Positions 30,155-43,128 of a stretch of DNA of 64,000 nucleotides are shown in pieces; within the stretch, counting starts at the first letter, position 1; every line of letters begins with the position of its first letter. Where the stretch lies: NCBI GenBank assembly GCA_964016885.1, contig OZ024764.1, positions 8,804,001 to 8,868,000 on the forward strand. Direction: 5' to 3'. Origin of the DNA: Eledone cirrhosa (taxonomy: Eukaryota). The position numbers were made by a program, and so were the translations under genes. Below the pieces are notes generated by a model. The model worked only from the letters and a program-made list of their open reading frames with translations, was not told the DNA's origin and did not search any database.

Positions 30155-31872
30155 TGCGGAAGTTGGAGTTGTTGCAGGGCATCCCTTTGGAACCGGGATT
30201 GCGGAAAGCAGTGTCAGCCTACGCCGATGATGTGACAGTAATGGTGTCGACGGCCTCCGAAATCGAGGCGGTCGGCACCTTACTGGAGGAGTACGAAAAG
30301 TTCACAGGGGCTAAGCTGAACCGGGACAAGTCGATCGGTTTGCAACTCGGCACGTGGAGGGGCAGACCGATGCCCTCCGATGGCGTCGTCGGACGCTGGA
30401 CGGAGGGCCCGGTGAAGTTGCTCGGGGTCTGGTTCGGACCGGACCTCCAGGTGGAGAAAAACTGGGCGGAGGTTACGAACAGGGTGTTTGCACTGACCCA
30501 GAAGTGGGCCAGTTGCAAACTATCCCTGAAAGGTCGGGCGGAGGTGGCGAACACTTATATAGCGTCCGTCATCTACTACCGCCTGACCGTAGTGCCCTGC
30601 CCAAGGGAAACCCTCACCAAGATGGAGCGCGCGCTCTTCCAATTCCTTTGGAAGAGGCGGGCTCCTATGGTGAGGAGATCCATCTGCTGTCAACACCCTT
30701 CGAAAGGAGGGCTGGGGATGCCGTGGCTAATGATGCGTAAACACGCATTAAGGCTACGGCACCTCTACGTATTCCTCACCGGACAACCGGTGTGGGCCTC
30801 GTTTGTGAGACGAACCTTTCCCAGGCTCGTCTCACTCACCGAGCTGCAATCCTGGGTCAAGCAAAGACCGAGAAAACTGGGCGCCTGGCACACTGAGTGT
30901 GCCCAGGCACTCACCGCCCTCTGGCAGGCGGATCCGGTTGTCAGTGGAGACTCCACCGCAACATTCTATAGAGGGCTGGTACGCAGCAGGTGCGACGACG
31001 CCCTCGGAGAAGCCCTAGACATGGAGGAGGACGAACTGGCCAGCCTGTTCGGTAGGACATTCAGCCCGGGACCTATGGACAACTTCCAGAAGTCCCTGGC
31101 CTGGCAGTGCTACCGAGGGGCTTTACCCGTTCGAGAAAGGCTCTACAGACACGGGCGCCCGGGTAGGGACCCCGCCAAAAAGATCTGTCCCAGATGCGTG
31201 TGCGACGAGGAAACCGTTGCACACGCATTGGTACACTGCTCGGGCGTAGCCGATCTGTGGGGCTATGTCGAACAACTGCTGTCAAGGGTGGGACCGATCC
31301 GGTTGACCACCGAGTCTATTGTAATGATCAAGCCGCCTCCCCCCTTCAAAGATGAAGCAGAGGCGGTGTTTCTGTGCGTAATAGCCATGGCGAAAGAGGT
31401 TGTATGGTGGACGCGTCTGAAAGGACTGAGGTCAGGCACCTTTCTCTCTGGCCAACAACTGGTCCGTTTCTTCCGATATCATTTCGGAAGAAGGATCAGG
31501 ATGGAGAGAGAGGTGCTGCACCCCAGTCGTTTTTATGAAAGGTGGGTGAAAGTGGCGAGAATGGCCCGTGTGAATGGGCCTTCTCTTTACATAAGCCTGT
31601 AGGTGGAAAAGAGGAAGGAACGAGGGAGCACCCCCTCTCTGTGCTCCTGAGGAAAAGGGTTGCACACTTTTTTCGGGGGTGTGTGCGACCCCCCAAGGCG
31701 CCTCCTCTCTATTGAGGATTTTGTTAAAAATTTTATTTTTTGTTATATCTTATTTTATTTTTACATTTTGTTATTGCCTCCTCCTTATTGAGGACGCCTT
31801 TTTGTGTAAACTCCCCCCTTTGTACTTGTCCCACTTTTGATGCCCTAGTGGCAAATAAAAGAAACTTATCTA
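30155..31872 (+). mobile_element. 5'-truncated L1/Tx1-clade LINE, ORF2 still open (479 aa)
   Basis: SAYADDVTV RT motif, VKLLGVWF, LSLKGRAEVAN, GGLGMP, C-terminal CPRC..ETVAHALVHC zinc knuckle; AATAAA-type 3' end. Confidence 0.9.
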
Positions 31873-31884
31873 TTTATATACCTA

Positions 31885-32305
31885 TAGTGGACACGATTGA
31901 AAGGTCTGAGGTCAGGCAACTTCCTCTCTGGCCATAGTCTGGTCTACTTCTTCCGATATCACTTCGGAAGAAGGATAAGAATGGAGAGAGAGGTGCTTGG
32001 CCACAGGCAGTTTTATGAAAGGTGGGTGGTAGTGGCGAGAATGGCTCGTGTAAATGTGCCTTCTCTGTATACCATCCTGTAGGTAAAGAAGTGAAGGAGA
32101 GGGGAGCACCTTCTCCATGTGCTCCCCGGGTAAAGGATTGCACACTTTTTCGGGGGTGTGTGCAACCCCCATCACGTCCCCTCCCTTTTGAGGTTGTTTT
32201 CGATTATTTTCATTTTATACCCTTTTTACTCGGTTTTATGTAAACTCCCCCTTTGTATTTGTCCCCTCTTTTTATTCCTTTATGGTAAATAAAGAAATAT
32301 ATCTA
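31885..32305 (+). mobile_element. Further Tx1-like 3' end
   Basis: FRYHFGRRIRMEREVL..ARMARVN; aataaagaaatatatctat terminus. Confidence 0.8.
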
Positions 32306-32433
32306 TTTATATACCTATCTATATATATCACCCTCTCTCTCTTCCTATCTCTCTCCTTTTCCCTTTCTCCCCCCAAATACTAATCTAATCATTAATCTAT
32401 TTTCTATTTCTACCGCCACCCCCACCACTACAG

Positions 32434-32615
32434 ATCGGCAGAAATGGTCGTCGGAAGACCTTGGCATCAAAACCCATCAACATGACCCACTTTGCGACCC
32501 ACATCCCTTCACAGAACACCATTACCCTACAGCTGAAACCAATCAGCAAGAAGGTGAAGGAGGCCAGCCTGCATTTGACCCTTTCCTGCCTGTTCTTGAG
32601 GGAGGGCAAAGCCAC
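32434..32615 (+). CDS. EHBP1: EHBP1 coding exon 4 (NT-C2 end)
   Basis: ctacag|IGRNGRRKTLASKPINMTHFATHIPSQNTITLQLKPISKKVKEASLHLTLSCLFLREGKA(T)|gtgagt; 182 nt, phase 0 to 2. Confidence 0.95.
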
Positions 32616-33049
32616 GTGAGTAAAAGCCCACAACATATTTCTTCTTTACTTTCTTTTGTTTTTTTTTTTGGAGGGGGTTAATTTTGAAAAATTTGTGGAA
32701 AATTAGGTAAATTTGGAGTAAATTGGTAAAAAAAAATTGCTGAAAATATTTGCAGAAAATTTTGAAAAATTTGGGGGAAAATTTACCCAAAATTTTTCAG
32801 ATTTACCACAAATTTTCCCCATATTTTCCTAAAACTTTTCAAATTTTCCCTAAATTCTTCCCAAAATTTTTTCATAATTTACACAAAATTTTCCCAAATT
32901 TTTCCCCGCTTTAAAGGAAGCTCAAAGAAATAATTCTGAGCTCTTATCAAATTGTCTCCTGTTTTAATGTTCGATACATTTTTATATATATGTCATTCAA
33001 AGAGTCCAGCCCACTGTAGTGGTCATGTAGGTGTTATGACAAAAGCGAG

Positions 33050-33850
33050 CGCCCAGTCCACACTGTAAAGTGGTTGTGTAGTCGACACAGCAAAAAGCAC
33101 CCAGTCCACACTGTAATGTGGTTGTGTAGTCGACACAGCAAAAAGCACCCAGTCCACACTGTAATGTGGTTGTGTAGTCGACGACACAGCAAAAAGCACC
33201 CAGTCCACACTGTAAAGTGGTTGTGTAGTCGACACAGCAAAAAGCACCCAGTCCACACTGTAACGTGGTTGTGTAGTTGACACAGCAAAAAGCACCCAGT
33301 CCACACTGTAATGTGGTTGTGTAGTCGACGACACAGCAAAAAGCACCCAGTCCACACTGTAAAGTGGTTGTGTAGTCGACACAGCAAAAAGCACCCAGTC
33401 CACACTGTAATGTGGTTGTGTAGTCGACGACACAGCAAAAAGCACCCAGTCCACACTGTAATGTGGTTGTGTAGTCGACGACACAGCAAAAAGCACCCAG
33501 TCCACACTATAATGTGGTTGTGTAGTAGACACAGCAAAAAGCACCCAGTCCACACTGTAACGTGGTTGTGTAGATGACACAACAAAAAGCTCCCAGTTCA
33601 CACTGTAACGTGGTTGTGTAGATGACACAACAAAAAGCTCCCAGTTCACACTGTAAAGTGGTTGTGTAGTCGACACAGCAAAAAGCACCCAGTCCACACT
33701 GTAAAGTGGTTGTGTAGTCGACACAGCAAAAAGCACCCAGTCCACACTGTAAAGTGGTTGTGTAGTCGACACAGCAAAAAGCACCCAGTCCACACTGTAA
33801 AGTGGTTGTGTAGTCGACACAGCAAAAAGCACCCAGTCCACACTGTAAAT
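33050..33850. repeat. 48/51-bp minisatellite x about 16, from an RTE/SINE 3' subrepeat
   Basis: gtggttgtgtagtcgacacagcaaaaagcacccagtccacactgtaa. A related array of about 49 bp lies at 36190-36460. Confidence 0.9.
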
Positions 33851-34145
33851 ATGGTTAGTGTTAGGAAGGGCTTCCAGACATAGAAACAAAGCCAAAATCA
33901 GTTCTGTGTGAGCGAAACATGGTCCCCCGATTGATCCCTCACAAAGTGACAGCCCATCCAACCCATGCTAGCCTTTACTGTGAAAATACAATAGTATATA
34001 TAGAGTTGCAAATTTTGTTGGTTAACCCTTTAACATTTAAAGGGTTAACCAACAAAATGTGCAACCACCTCGTCCTGCCTCCGGAATCTGCCTTTTTTTC
34101 TTTTTCACTCTCTCTCTCTCTCTCTCTCTTTCTCTGTTGTTATAG

Positions 34146-34333
34146 CGACGAAGACATGCAGAGTGTGGCGAGTCTGTGGAGCATCGGAAAGAGCGACATT
34201 GGTAACCTTGACGACCTGGACGAGGCTGATGAGGAACAGGAGGACGATGCCGACCTCAGTGCTCAATTCAGTGAGGTCAGCGCTCAACTGAGTATGTTGG
34301 GACGTGACCCCGATGACACATCTGACCTCTCAG
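34146..34333 (+). CDS. EHBP1: EHBP1 coding exon 5 (acidic linker)
   Basis: tatag|(T)DEDMQSVASLWSIGKSDIGNLDDLDEADEE...SDLS|gtgagt; matches the conserved TDEDMQSLAS..DIGNLDD motif; phase 2 to 1. Confidence 0.95.
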
Positions 34334-34904
34334 GTGAGTGGTTTGGTGGGTGTGTGGGGGCAGGTGTAGAGGTTTGGTGTGTAGGGTGTGTGTGGGGGCG
34401 GGTGTAGGGTGTGTGTAGGGGTGGGTGTGGGGTGAGTGTATGGGGTGGGGGTGGGGGTGTATGTGGTTGGGTTGGTGTGTGTGGGGGGTATGTGGTTGGG
34501 GGGGGGGGGGGGGGGGGGGTAATGTGGTTTGGTTGGTGTGTGGGGGCGGGTTGGTGTGTGGGGGGCGGGTGTAGGGCTGTATGTGGTTTGGTTGGGTTGG
34601 TGTGTATGTCTGTAGGGGTGTATGTGGTTTGCTGGGTGAGTGGGGGCATGTGCAGAGGTTTGATGTGTAGGGGTGTATGTAGTTTGGTGGGTGAGTCTGT
34701 ATATACAGCTGTCCCCCAGTATTCGCGGGGGGGGGGGGGGGTACATTCCTAGAGCACTGCAAATATTGGACGGGGTCCATAAAAATGCCTACAAACATCA
34801 AAATATAACATAAAATATAATAAAAAAACAGATGGACCGTCTTATGCGAAGGGGCGACCAATAGGCCAGCAAATACAGAATATTGTTGTTAATAATTTAG
34901 CGTT

Positions 34905-35780
34905 AATATAATAATAATAATGAAATTATTGTGTAAAGTGCTCAGGTGCACTACAACTCGTCAAAGGTGTATGTATAGTACATAGAATAATACACAAATG
35001 TCAGGGAAGTACATGTGTGTATGTGTTAGCTGTAGTGTTGGCGGATCTCGGGAAGCATGGAGGCCTTAAAGGATGCAGTGTCTCGACAGCTAACAACTGA
35101 TGCAGGTAGTTTGTTCCATGGAGGCCTTAATGGATGCAGTGTCTCGACAGCTAACAACTGATGCAGGTAGTTTGTTCCATGGAGGCCTTAAAGGATGCAG
35201 TGTCTCAACAGCTAACAACTGATGCAGGTAGTTTGTTCCATGCTTCAGCAACTCTGAGCGTGAAAAAATGTTTCCGAAAGTCATGGGAACTGTGCTGTTT
35301 TCTTACTTTGTGGGCATGTCCACGTGTGTTAGACACATGGAAATCGAAAAGGTACTCAGGGTTGTTGTTGGCAACATGGTTAACAATTTTGTGGGTATTT
35401 ACCAAGTCCATTGCCAGACGCCGGAGCTTCAATGTATCCATGCCCAGGGAAGCAAGGCGTTCAGAGTATGGTAGATGCCTGATGGAGGGTATTCGCTTGG
35501 TTGCACGTCTCTGAACAGTTTCCAGGCGGTCAATGTTCTGAGCAAGATAGGGGTTCCAGACTGGTGATGCAAATTCTAAGTGTGGTCGCACCATAGCCAT
35601 CTACAGCCTTAAATAGATATCTGGAGAGCGGCTGACAAAGGTCTTGCTGAGTGATGCTAAGACACCCTCGGCCCTCTTGACAATTTTAGAGATGTGCTTC
35701 GTCCAACGCAAATCGCTGCTGACCGTGATGCCCAGGTCACGTTCACAAGAAGACTTCTTGATATTAGTGCTGTGGAGGGA
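34905..35780 (-). mobile_element. CR1-group LINE 3' fragment (with 3 x 61-bp internal tandem duplication at about 35057-35240)
   Basis: ERDLGITVSSDLRW..RPHLEFASPVWNPY..LETVQRRATKRIP..FFTLRVAEAWNKLP. Confidence 0.85.
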
Positions 35781-36801
35781 GTATATAATATATATTGCCA
35801 CGAAAAAACCATAAAAATATCACAGAAGATATTTAAGATTCTGTGAATATGCAGTGGTTTCCATGAACGATTATTAGTTCGGTTCTAAGGAAAATTCCAC
35901 GAATAATCAGGACTGTGAATGCTGGAGGTACACTTTTTTAATATTTGGTATAAATTGAAATTGTTTCCACAATATAGCAGATACATATTGCCAGGAAAAA
36001 AGCCATTAAAATATTTATTTACGATTTCACAAATATGCGGTGGTTTCTACAAACAATTATTAGTTAGGTTCTAAGGTGAAGGCGCATGGCTTAGAGTGAA
36101 GGCATATGGCTTAGTGGTTAGAGCATTGGGCTTGCAATTACACATTGCTCCAGTTTACTCAGCTGTAGAAATGAGATGATAAGACTGGTGTCCCTATCAT
36201 TCTACTGTAAAGTGGTCGTGGAGGTGCCTCGGCAAAAAAGCACCCAGCCCACACTGTAAAGTGGACATGGAGGTGACACGGCAAAAAAGCACCCAGCACT
36301 CACTGTAAAGTGGTCGTGGAGGTGCCACGGCAAGAAAGCACCCAACCCACACTGTAAAGTGGACGTGGAGGTGCCACAGCAAAAAAGCACCCAGCCCACA
36401 CTGTAAAGTAGTCGTAGAGGCGCCACGGCAAAAAAGCACCCACCACTCACTGTAAATGAGGTTGGTGTTAGGAAGGGCATCCAGCTGTAGCAATCAAGCC
36501 AGAATCAGTTCCCGTATGAGCAAGACAAGGTCGGCCGACCAGACACTGCCCACAACAGGACAACCTGTCTAACCCATGCTAGCATGGAAGAATGGACGTA
36601 AATCGGTGCTGATGATGATGATAAGGAAAATTCTGCAAATAATTAGCACTGTGAATGCCGAGGGTACACTGTGTGTGGTTAGAGTGAGTGTGTAGGGGGT
36701 GTATGGATGAGTGTGAATAGTTTAGTGTGTGTGTATGGTCTGGTATGTGTGTCAGTGTATGCATATATGTGTATGAGTATGTATCATCATCATAGGCAGT
36801 A

Positions 36802-38152
36802 AGACATTCTAATCAGATGTCTGTAGTATCAGAGCTGTGATCTCTCAATTCAGATATTCTTTTCTCAGACATTCTAACCACATGTCTGTAGTATCAGAGC
36901 TGTGATCTCTCAATCCAGAGATTCTTTGCTGAGACATTCTAACCACATGTCTGTAGTATCAGAGCTGTGATCTCTCAATTCAGAGATTCTTTCCTGAGAC
37001 ATTATAACCACATGTCTGTAGTATCAGAACTGTGATCTCTCAATTCAGAGATTCTTTCCTGAGACATTCTAACCACATGTCTGTAGTATCGGAGCTGTGA
37101 TCTCTCAATTCAGAGATTCTTTCCTGAGACATTCCAACCACATGTCTGTAGTATCGGAGCTGTGATCTCTCAATTCAGAGATTCTTTCCTGAGACATTCC
37201 AACCACATGTCTGTAGTATCAGAGCTGTGATCTCTCAATTCAGAGATTCTTTCCTGAGACATTCTAACCACATGTCTGTAGTATCGGAGCTGTGATCTCT
37301 CAATTCAGAGATTCTTTCCTGAGACATTCTAACCACATGTCTGTAGTATCGGAGCTGTGATCTCTCAATTCAGAGATTCTTTCCTGAGACATTATAACCA
37401 CATGTCTGTAGTATCAGAACTGTGATCTCTCAATTCAGAGATTCTTTCCTGAGACATTCCAACCACATGTCTGTAGTATCAGAGCTGTGATCTCTCAATT
37501 TAGAGATTCTCTCCTCAGACATTCTAACCCCATGTCTGTAGTATCAGAGCTGTGATCTCTCAATTCAGAGATTCTTTCCTGAGACATTCTAACCACATGT
37601 CTGTAGTATCAGAGCTGTGATCTCTCAATTCAGAGATTCTTTCCTGTGACATTCTAACAACATGTCTGTAGTATCAGAGCTGTGATCTCTCAATTCAGAG
37701 ATTCTTTCCTGAGACATTCTAACCACATGTCTGTAGTATCAGAGCTGTGATCTCTCAATTCAGAGATTCTTTCCTGTGACATTCTAACAACATGTCTGTA
37801 GTATCAGAGCTGTGATCTCTCAATTCAGAGATTCTTTCCTGAGACATTCTAACCACATGTCTGTAGTATCAGAGCTGTGATCTCTCAATTCAGAGATTCT
37901 TTCCTGTGACATTCTAACAACATCTCTGTAGTATCAGAGCTGTGATCTCTCAATTCAGAGATTCTTTCCTGAGACATTCTAACCACATGGCTGTAGTATC
38001 AGAGCTGTGATCTCTCAATTTAGAGATTCTTTCCTGAGACATTCCAACCACATGTCTGTAGTATCAGAGCTGTGATCTCTCAATTTAGAGATTCTTTCCT
38101 GAGACATTCCAACCACATGTCTGTAGTATCAGAGCAGTGATCTCTCAATTCA
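36802..38152. repeat. 65-bp minisatellite x about 21
   Basis: gagacattctaaccacatgtctgtagtatcagagctgtgatctctcaattcagagattctttcct. Confidence 0.95.
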
Positions 38153-38303
38153 GGGAAGTAGCGGCTCTACCTAGAGTGACTTTCTGATCTCCAAGGTACA
38201 CACTTTATCGAGTAACGGTACTCTAATGTATAGTTTCTGTCTACCAAATTCCACTCCCAAGGGTATTCTTTTATTTGTTTTTAATTCTTTTTTTAACAAA
38301 CAG

Positions 38304-38811
38304 GTCGGCTTCATAGTTTGACGCCCTATGATCGGTCCCTGAATTCAGCAAATCCCTTTGAAGAATCTCTAACTGAAGCCCCAAAAGTGCTAAACCCATT
38401 TGATGAGGAAGAAGAGGGTACAAACCCTTTCGAGGAACCTCCAAACCCGTTCGACGACCACACGAATTCGTTGAATGAGTACTCCAATAACGACCAGAAC
38501 AACTGTAACCCATTTGATGAACCAGTGCACCCGAGAGCCAGTGGGGGTCATGGTACGAGCAGCAGGTCCAACATGACACTCAGCTCTGGCCTCAACAGAT
38601 CAACTGCATCGAAGTCAAGTCGGTCGGCGACTCTACCTGGGAAGTTGAAGAGAAGCGTCGGTAATGGCGCGGCCTCTACTCCGCGGAAGCCGTCAGCTAT
38701 GGGAAGAGCTGTGGAGAGGCCACATTACCACGGCACACCTCCGTCGACTCCCCCCAGCGAAAAGCTGCCCGTCCGACCCATTACGCCACCTGTGATAGAT
38801 CCCAACATGGG
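38304..38811 (+). CDS. EHBP1: EHBP1 coding exon 6 (five NPF motifs)
   Basis: aacag|..RLHSLTPYDRSLNSANPFEE..LNPFDEE..TNPFEE..PNPFDD..CNPFDE..ERPHYHGTPPSTPPSEK..PNM|gtaagt; phase 1 to 2. NPF followed by acidic residues is the EHD-binding signature. Confidence 0.92.
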
Positions 38812-39322
38812 GTAAGTTGTGTTTTTTACCTGTCTATTGTGTCCATGTCCCCTGTTGCTAACATATATCTTTTACTGGTTTCAGTCATTAGACTGCGGCC
38901 ATGCTGGGGCAGTGCCTTCTTACTGTCAATAATATCAATTCTATCTTCTGTCTTCTATCTTCTGTCTTCTATCTTCTATCTTCTATCTTCTGTCTTCTAT
39001 CTTCTGTCTTCTATCTTCTATCTTCTGTCTTCTATCTTCTGTCTTCTATCTTCTGTCTTCTATCTTCTATCTTCTATCTTCTGTCTTCTGTCTTCTATCC
39101 TAGCCTCTTCTCTCTTCTATCTTCTCTCCTTCCTTCTTCTATCTTCTGTCTTCTGTCTTCTATCCTAGCCTCTTCTATCTTCCCTCCTATCTTCTTCTGT
39201 CTTCTCTCTTCCCTCCTATCTTCTTCTGTCTTCTCTCTTCTCTCCTATCTTCTTCTCTCCTATCTTCTTCTGTCTTCTCTCCTCCATTCTTTTCTCTTCT
39301 GTCTTCTCCCAAACTCTGATAG

Positions 39323-39694
39323 ATCAGACAATATATTGGCCCACTTAAAAGCTCACATCAGTAACCTTCAGTCACAGTGGGACAGGGCAGCAGAAGAGAG
39401 CCCTAATCAAAGAAAACCTTTGAAGACCTCAATCGAGAGGCCCCATTATCAGTCACAGTTGGACAGGGCAGCAGCAGAGAGCCCTAATCAAAGAAAACCT
39501 TTGAAGACCTCAATCGAGAGGCCCCATTATCAGTCACAGTGGGACAGGGCAGCAGCAGAGAGCCCTAATCATAGAAAACCTTTGAAGACCTCAGTCGAGA
39601 GGCCCCATTATCATGGCACCCCTCCTTCAACTCCTCCCAGCGAAAAACAGATTGCTCGGCCCATCACTCCACCTGTTGGGGTGTCCTATGTCCG
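39323..39694 (+). CDS. EHBP1: EHBP1 exon 7 (symmetric phase 2-2, possibly cassette; three 27-aa repeats)
   Basis: Follows a long CT tract; gatag|A TCA GAC AAT..SYV(R)|gtaagt; 372 nt, open in frame. Confidence 0.75.
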
Positions 39695-39698
39695 GTAA

Positions 39699-40668
39699 GT
39701 CACCAGGAAATTTTGGTAACCCTCACTGGACCCTAACCACAGCTTCTTGGTCACCTGACCTCACGCCAAGCCCCATTTACTCACCAGTGTAAAGTAGTTT
39801 TAACCAGCCACACTTCCGTGTCACCAGGAAATTTTGGTAACCCTCACTGGACAACATTCCCCTCCCCTGCCTTACCCATGTAGTTTTAACCAGCCACACT
39901 TCCGTGTCACCAGGAAATTTTGGTAACCCTCACTGGACAACATTCCCCTCCCCTGCCTTACCTATGTAGTTTTAACCAGTCACACTTCCGTGTCACCAGG
40001 AAATTTTGGTAACCCTCACTGGACAACATTCCCCTCCCCTGCCTTACCTATGTAGTTTTAACCAGCCACACTTCTGTGTCACCAGGAAATTTTGGTAACC
40101 CTCACTGGACAACATTCCCCTCCCCTGCCTTACCTATGTAGTTTTAACCAGCCACACTTCTGTGTCACCAGGAAATTTTGGTAACCCTCACTGGACAACA
40201 TTCCCCTCCCCTGCCTTACCTATGTAGTTTTAACCAGCCACACTTCCGTGTCACCAGGAAATTTTGGTAACCCTCACTGGACAACATTCCCCTCCCCTGC
40301 CTTACCCATGTAGTTTTAACCAGCCACACTTCCGTGTCACCAGGAAATTTTGGTAACCCTCACTGGACAACATTCCCCTGCCCTGCCTTACCTATGTAGT
40401 TTTAACCAGCCACACTTCCGTGTCACCAGGAAATTTTGGTAACCCTCACTGGACAACATTCCCCTGCCTTACCTATGTAGTTTTAACCAGCCACACTTCT
40501 GTGTCACCAGGAAATTTTGGTAACCCTCACTGGACAACATTCCCCTCCCCTGCCTTACCTATGTAGTTTTAACCAGCCACACTTCCGTGTCACCAGGAAA
40601 TTTTGGTAACCCTCACTGGACAACATTCCCCTCCCCTGCCTTACCTATGTAGTTTTAACCAGCCACAC
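39699..40668. repeat. 86-bp minisatellite x about 10, starting at the exon 7 donor
   Basis: gtcaccaggaaattttggtaaccctcactggacaacattcccctcccctgcc... Confidence 0.92.
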
Positions 40669-42461
40669 CCTATTGGTCATTTTCATAGATTTTTAATTGG
40701 ACACATCGCTGAGTCAGTGAGAGATTTTGGTAACCATCTCTGGACCCTGTCCACAGACCCTTGGTCACTTGACCACACTCCCTTACGTGTGTAGTTTTAC
40801 CTGGCCACACCCCCTTAGTTACATAGCCACACCCCTTAGTTACCTAGCCACAGCCCTTAGTTATCTAGGCATGGCCCTTAGTTACCTGCCACACCCACTT
40901 AGTTACCTGGCCATACCCACTTAGTTACCTGTGATTGTTTCTATTACTCTAATCTATTTGACAGATCAAAGAAAACTGAGATTAGTAAGTACACACATAC
41001 ACTCACTCAAACACACACACTCACACACAGGCACTCAAATAAACACACTGAAACACATACACACATTCAGGCACAAACACACACACACACTCAGATACAT
41101 ACACTCAAATATACACACACATACACTCACTCAAACACAGACACTCAAATATACACACTCAAACACATACACACATTCAGGCACAAACACACACACTCAC
41201 ACATACACACTCAAACACTCAAATATACACACTGAAACACATACACACATTCAGGCACAAACACACACACACTCAGATACATACACTCAAATATACACAC
41301 GCATACACTCACTCAAATACTCAAACACACACACATACACACACATTCTTTTATATGTATAGTGTGGGTTAAAAATTTATGATATATATATAGTTCAAGG
41401 AGAATACAAACAGAGGTACAAAAAGTCTCACGCTTTATATTGGAAAGAAAAAAGAAAGTTCGATGTGTCAGTCTTAAGCCCTTCTTCAGGGGTACAAATA
41501 GAGACAGGATCACAATGGAGAAACAGAAAAAAGGTCCAGTAAAGACACAAAAATCGAAAATAGGGCTTAAGCCCGATACGTCGAACTATCTTTTATTTAT
41601 TTACTAGCAGAATGACCCGGCGTTACTCGGGATTTGCTCTAGGGTTCTTATATATTTGATATATATTTATCCTTATCGAGCCTCGTGAAATAAATACGTT
41701 TGTTTATATTTTGTTATTGTGTATGCAAAATTATCTGTACATGAATATATTTTAATTATGTCTCATATAAAATAATACAACTGGTTATCCGCAAAATACG
41801 TATAGTTAGCCCCCCAAACGTATAATTGGGATTATACTAAGGTATATCCTAATGTTTGTTGAGTGAGACGGAAGCCAGTCGGAGTATTGCTTAAAGCTTT
41901 CTCTGTTAATGTATTAAATATATATATATATATATATGCAAAAGTTCTATTTAAAGTTGTTGGGATACAACAAGTAAATATTTTTATAACTGATATAAAG
42001 CACTCAACAAATTTTTGGAGTAGATATACGATATTAATAAATGGAAACTATATTTATAAAACCTAAATATAGTTTCCATTCATTAATATCGTATATATAT
42101 ATATATATTAAAATAACAGATTAAAGTTTAAGCAAAGAATCGCTGCTTTCACCCTTAATGGAATCTTCTGAAACTAAAAAAAATCAATCTATGAATTTCC
42201 CTTAGGTCAGTATTGTTTGTTTGGGTATGGTTGTTGTTGTTATTCCATTCAATCTTTCTGTTTATTCCCAAACAAACAATACTGACCTAAGGCAAATATA
42301 AATAGATAAATAAATATATACAGTACAATAACAACACACACACACATAAACACACACTAGTGAACAAACATAGAATACTAACACACATAGACTCAAACAC
42401 TAACACGCACACACCAAACAGGAAACACACACGCAAATGCAAACAGAGACAAAGATAAGAA

Positions 42462-42492
<31 letters not shown>

Positions 42493-42581
42493 AATAAAAA
42501 TGGTGTAGACATTACAATACAACGGGAGGAACCATAATAGTACCTCTGATGATGACACAGGTGTGTGACGAAAGAATGATG

Positions 42582-42636
<55 letters not shown>

Positions 42637-42691
42637 TTGTTTCTGAATTTGTTTAGCAAGATTCTTTATCTGAAAACGTGTGTTGAAACCG

Positions 42692-43128
42692 ATATTGTTA
42701 TACTTTGGGAGGGTCATGTTGCCAATAAGAAACACACGCACCAGTTGCTTTCACTCCAATTTATTATAATAAATTTATAAATTTCTGGTTGGTTGGTTGG
42801 TTCCACAACCAGATAGTTGTTTATATATTGTCAAAGTTCTTTCGTCACACATTCTGTGACCTCTTCAGTGACTGGGGATTCTTTTCTTTGTTTTTGTGCC
42901 TCTCCTTTGTTCTGTCCAAAATGGCGTAGGACAGGACAAAGGAGAGGCACAAAAACAAAGAAAAGAATCCCCAGTCACTGAAGAGGTCACAGAATGTGTG
43001 ACGAAAGAACTTTGTGGAACCAACCAACCAACCGGAAATTTATAAATTTATTATAATAAATTGAAGTGAAAGCAACTGGTGCGTGTGTTTCTTATTGGCA
43101 ACATGACCCTCCCAAAGTATAACAATAT
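42692..43128. repeat. Long inverted repeat (about 200-bp arms, 11-nt loop) carrying a hammerhead-like motif in each arm
   Basis: Arms 42692-42917 and 42929-43128; GTCA-CTGAAGA-G-GTCACA-gaatg-TGTGAC-GAAAG. Further family fragments at about 43470-43545 and 63860-64000. Confidence 0.85.

Noticed and set aside
33050-33850. CRISPR-like appearance of regular arrays (also 36802, 48313, 59503)
   Set aside because: Units repeat head to tail with no unique spacers, there are no cas genes, and the context is eukaryotic.
41602-41920. Helitron/Helentron-like non-autonomous element (actag..cccggcgttactcggg; related piece at about 22935-23100)
   Set aside because: It is clearly a dispersed repeat, but the termini are too degenerate to classify.
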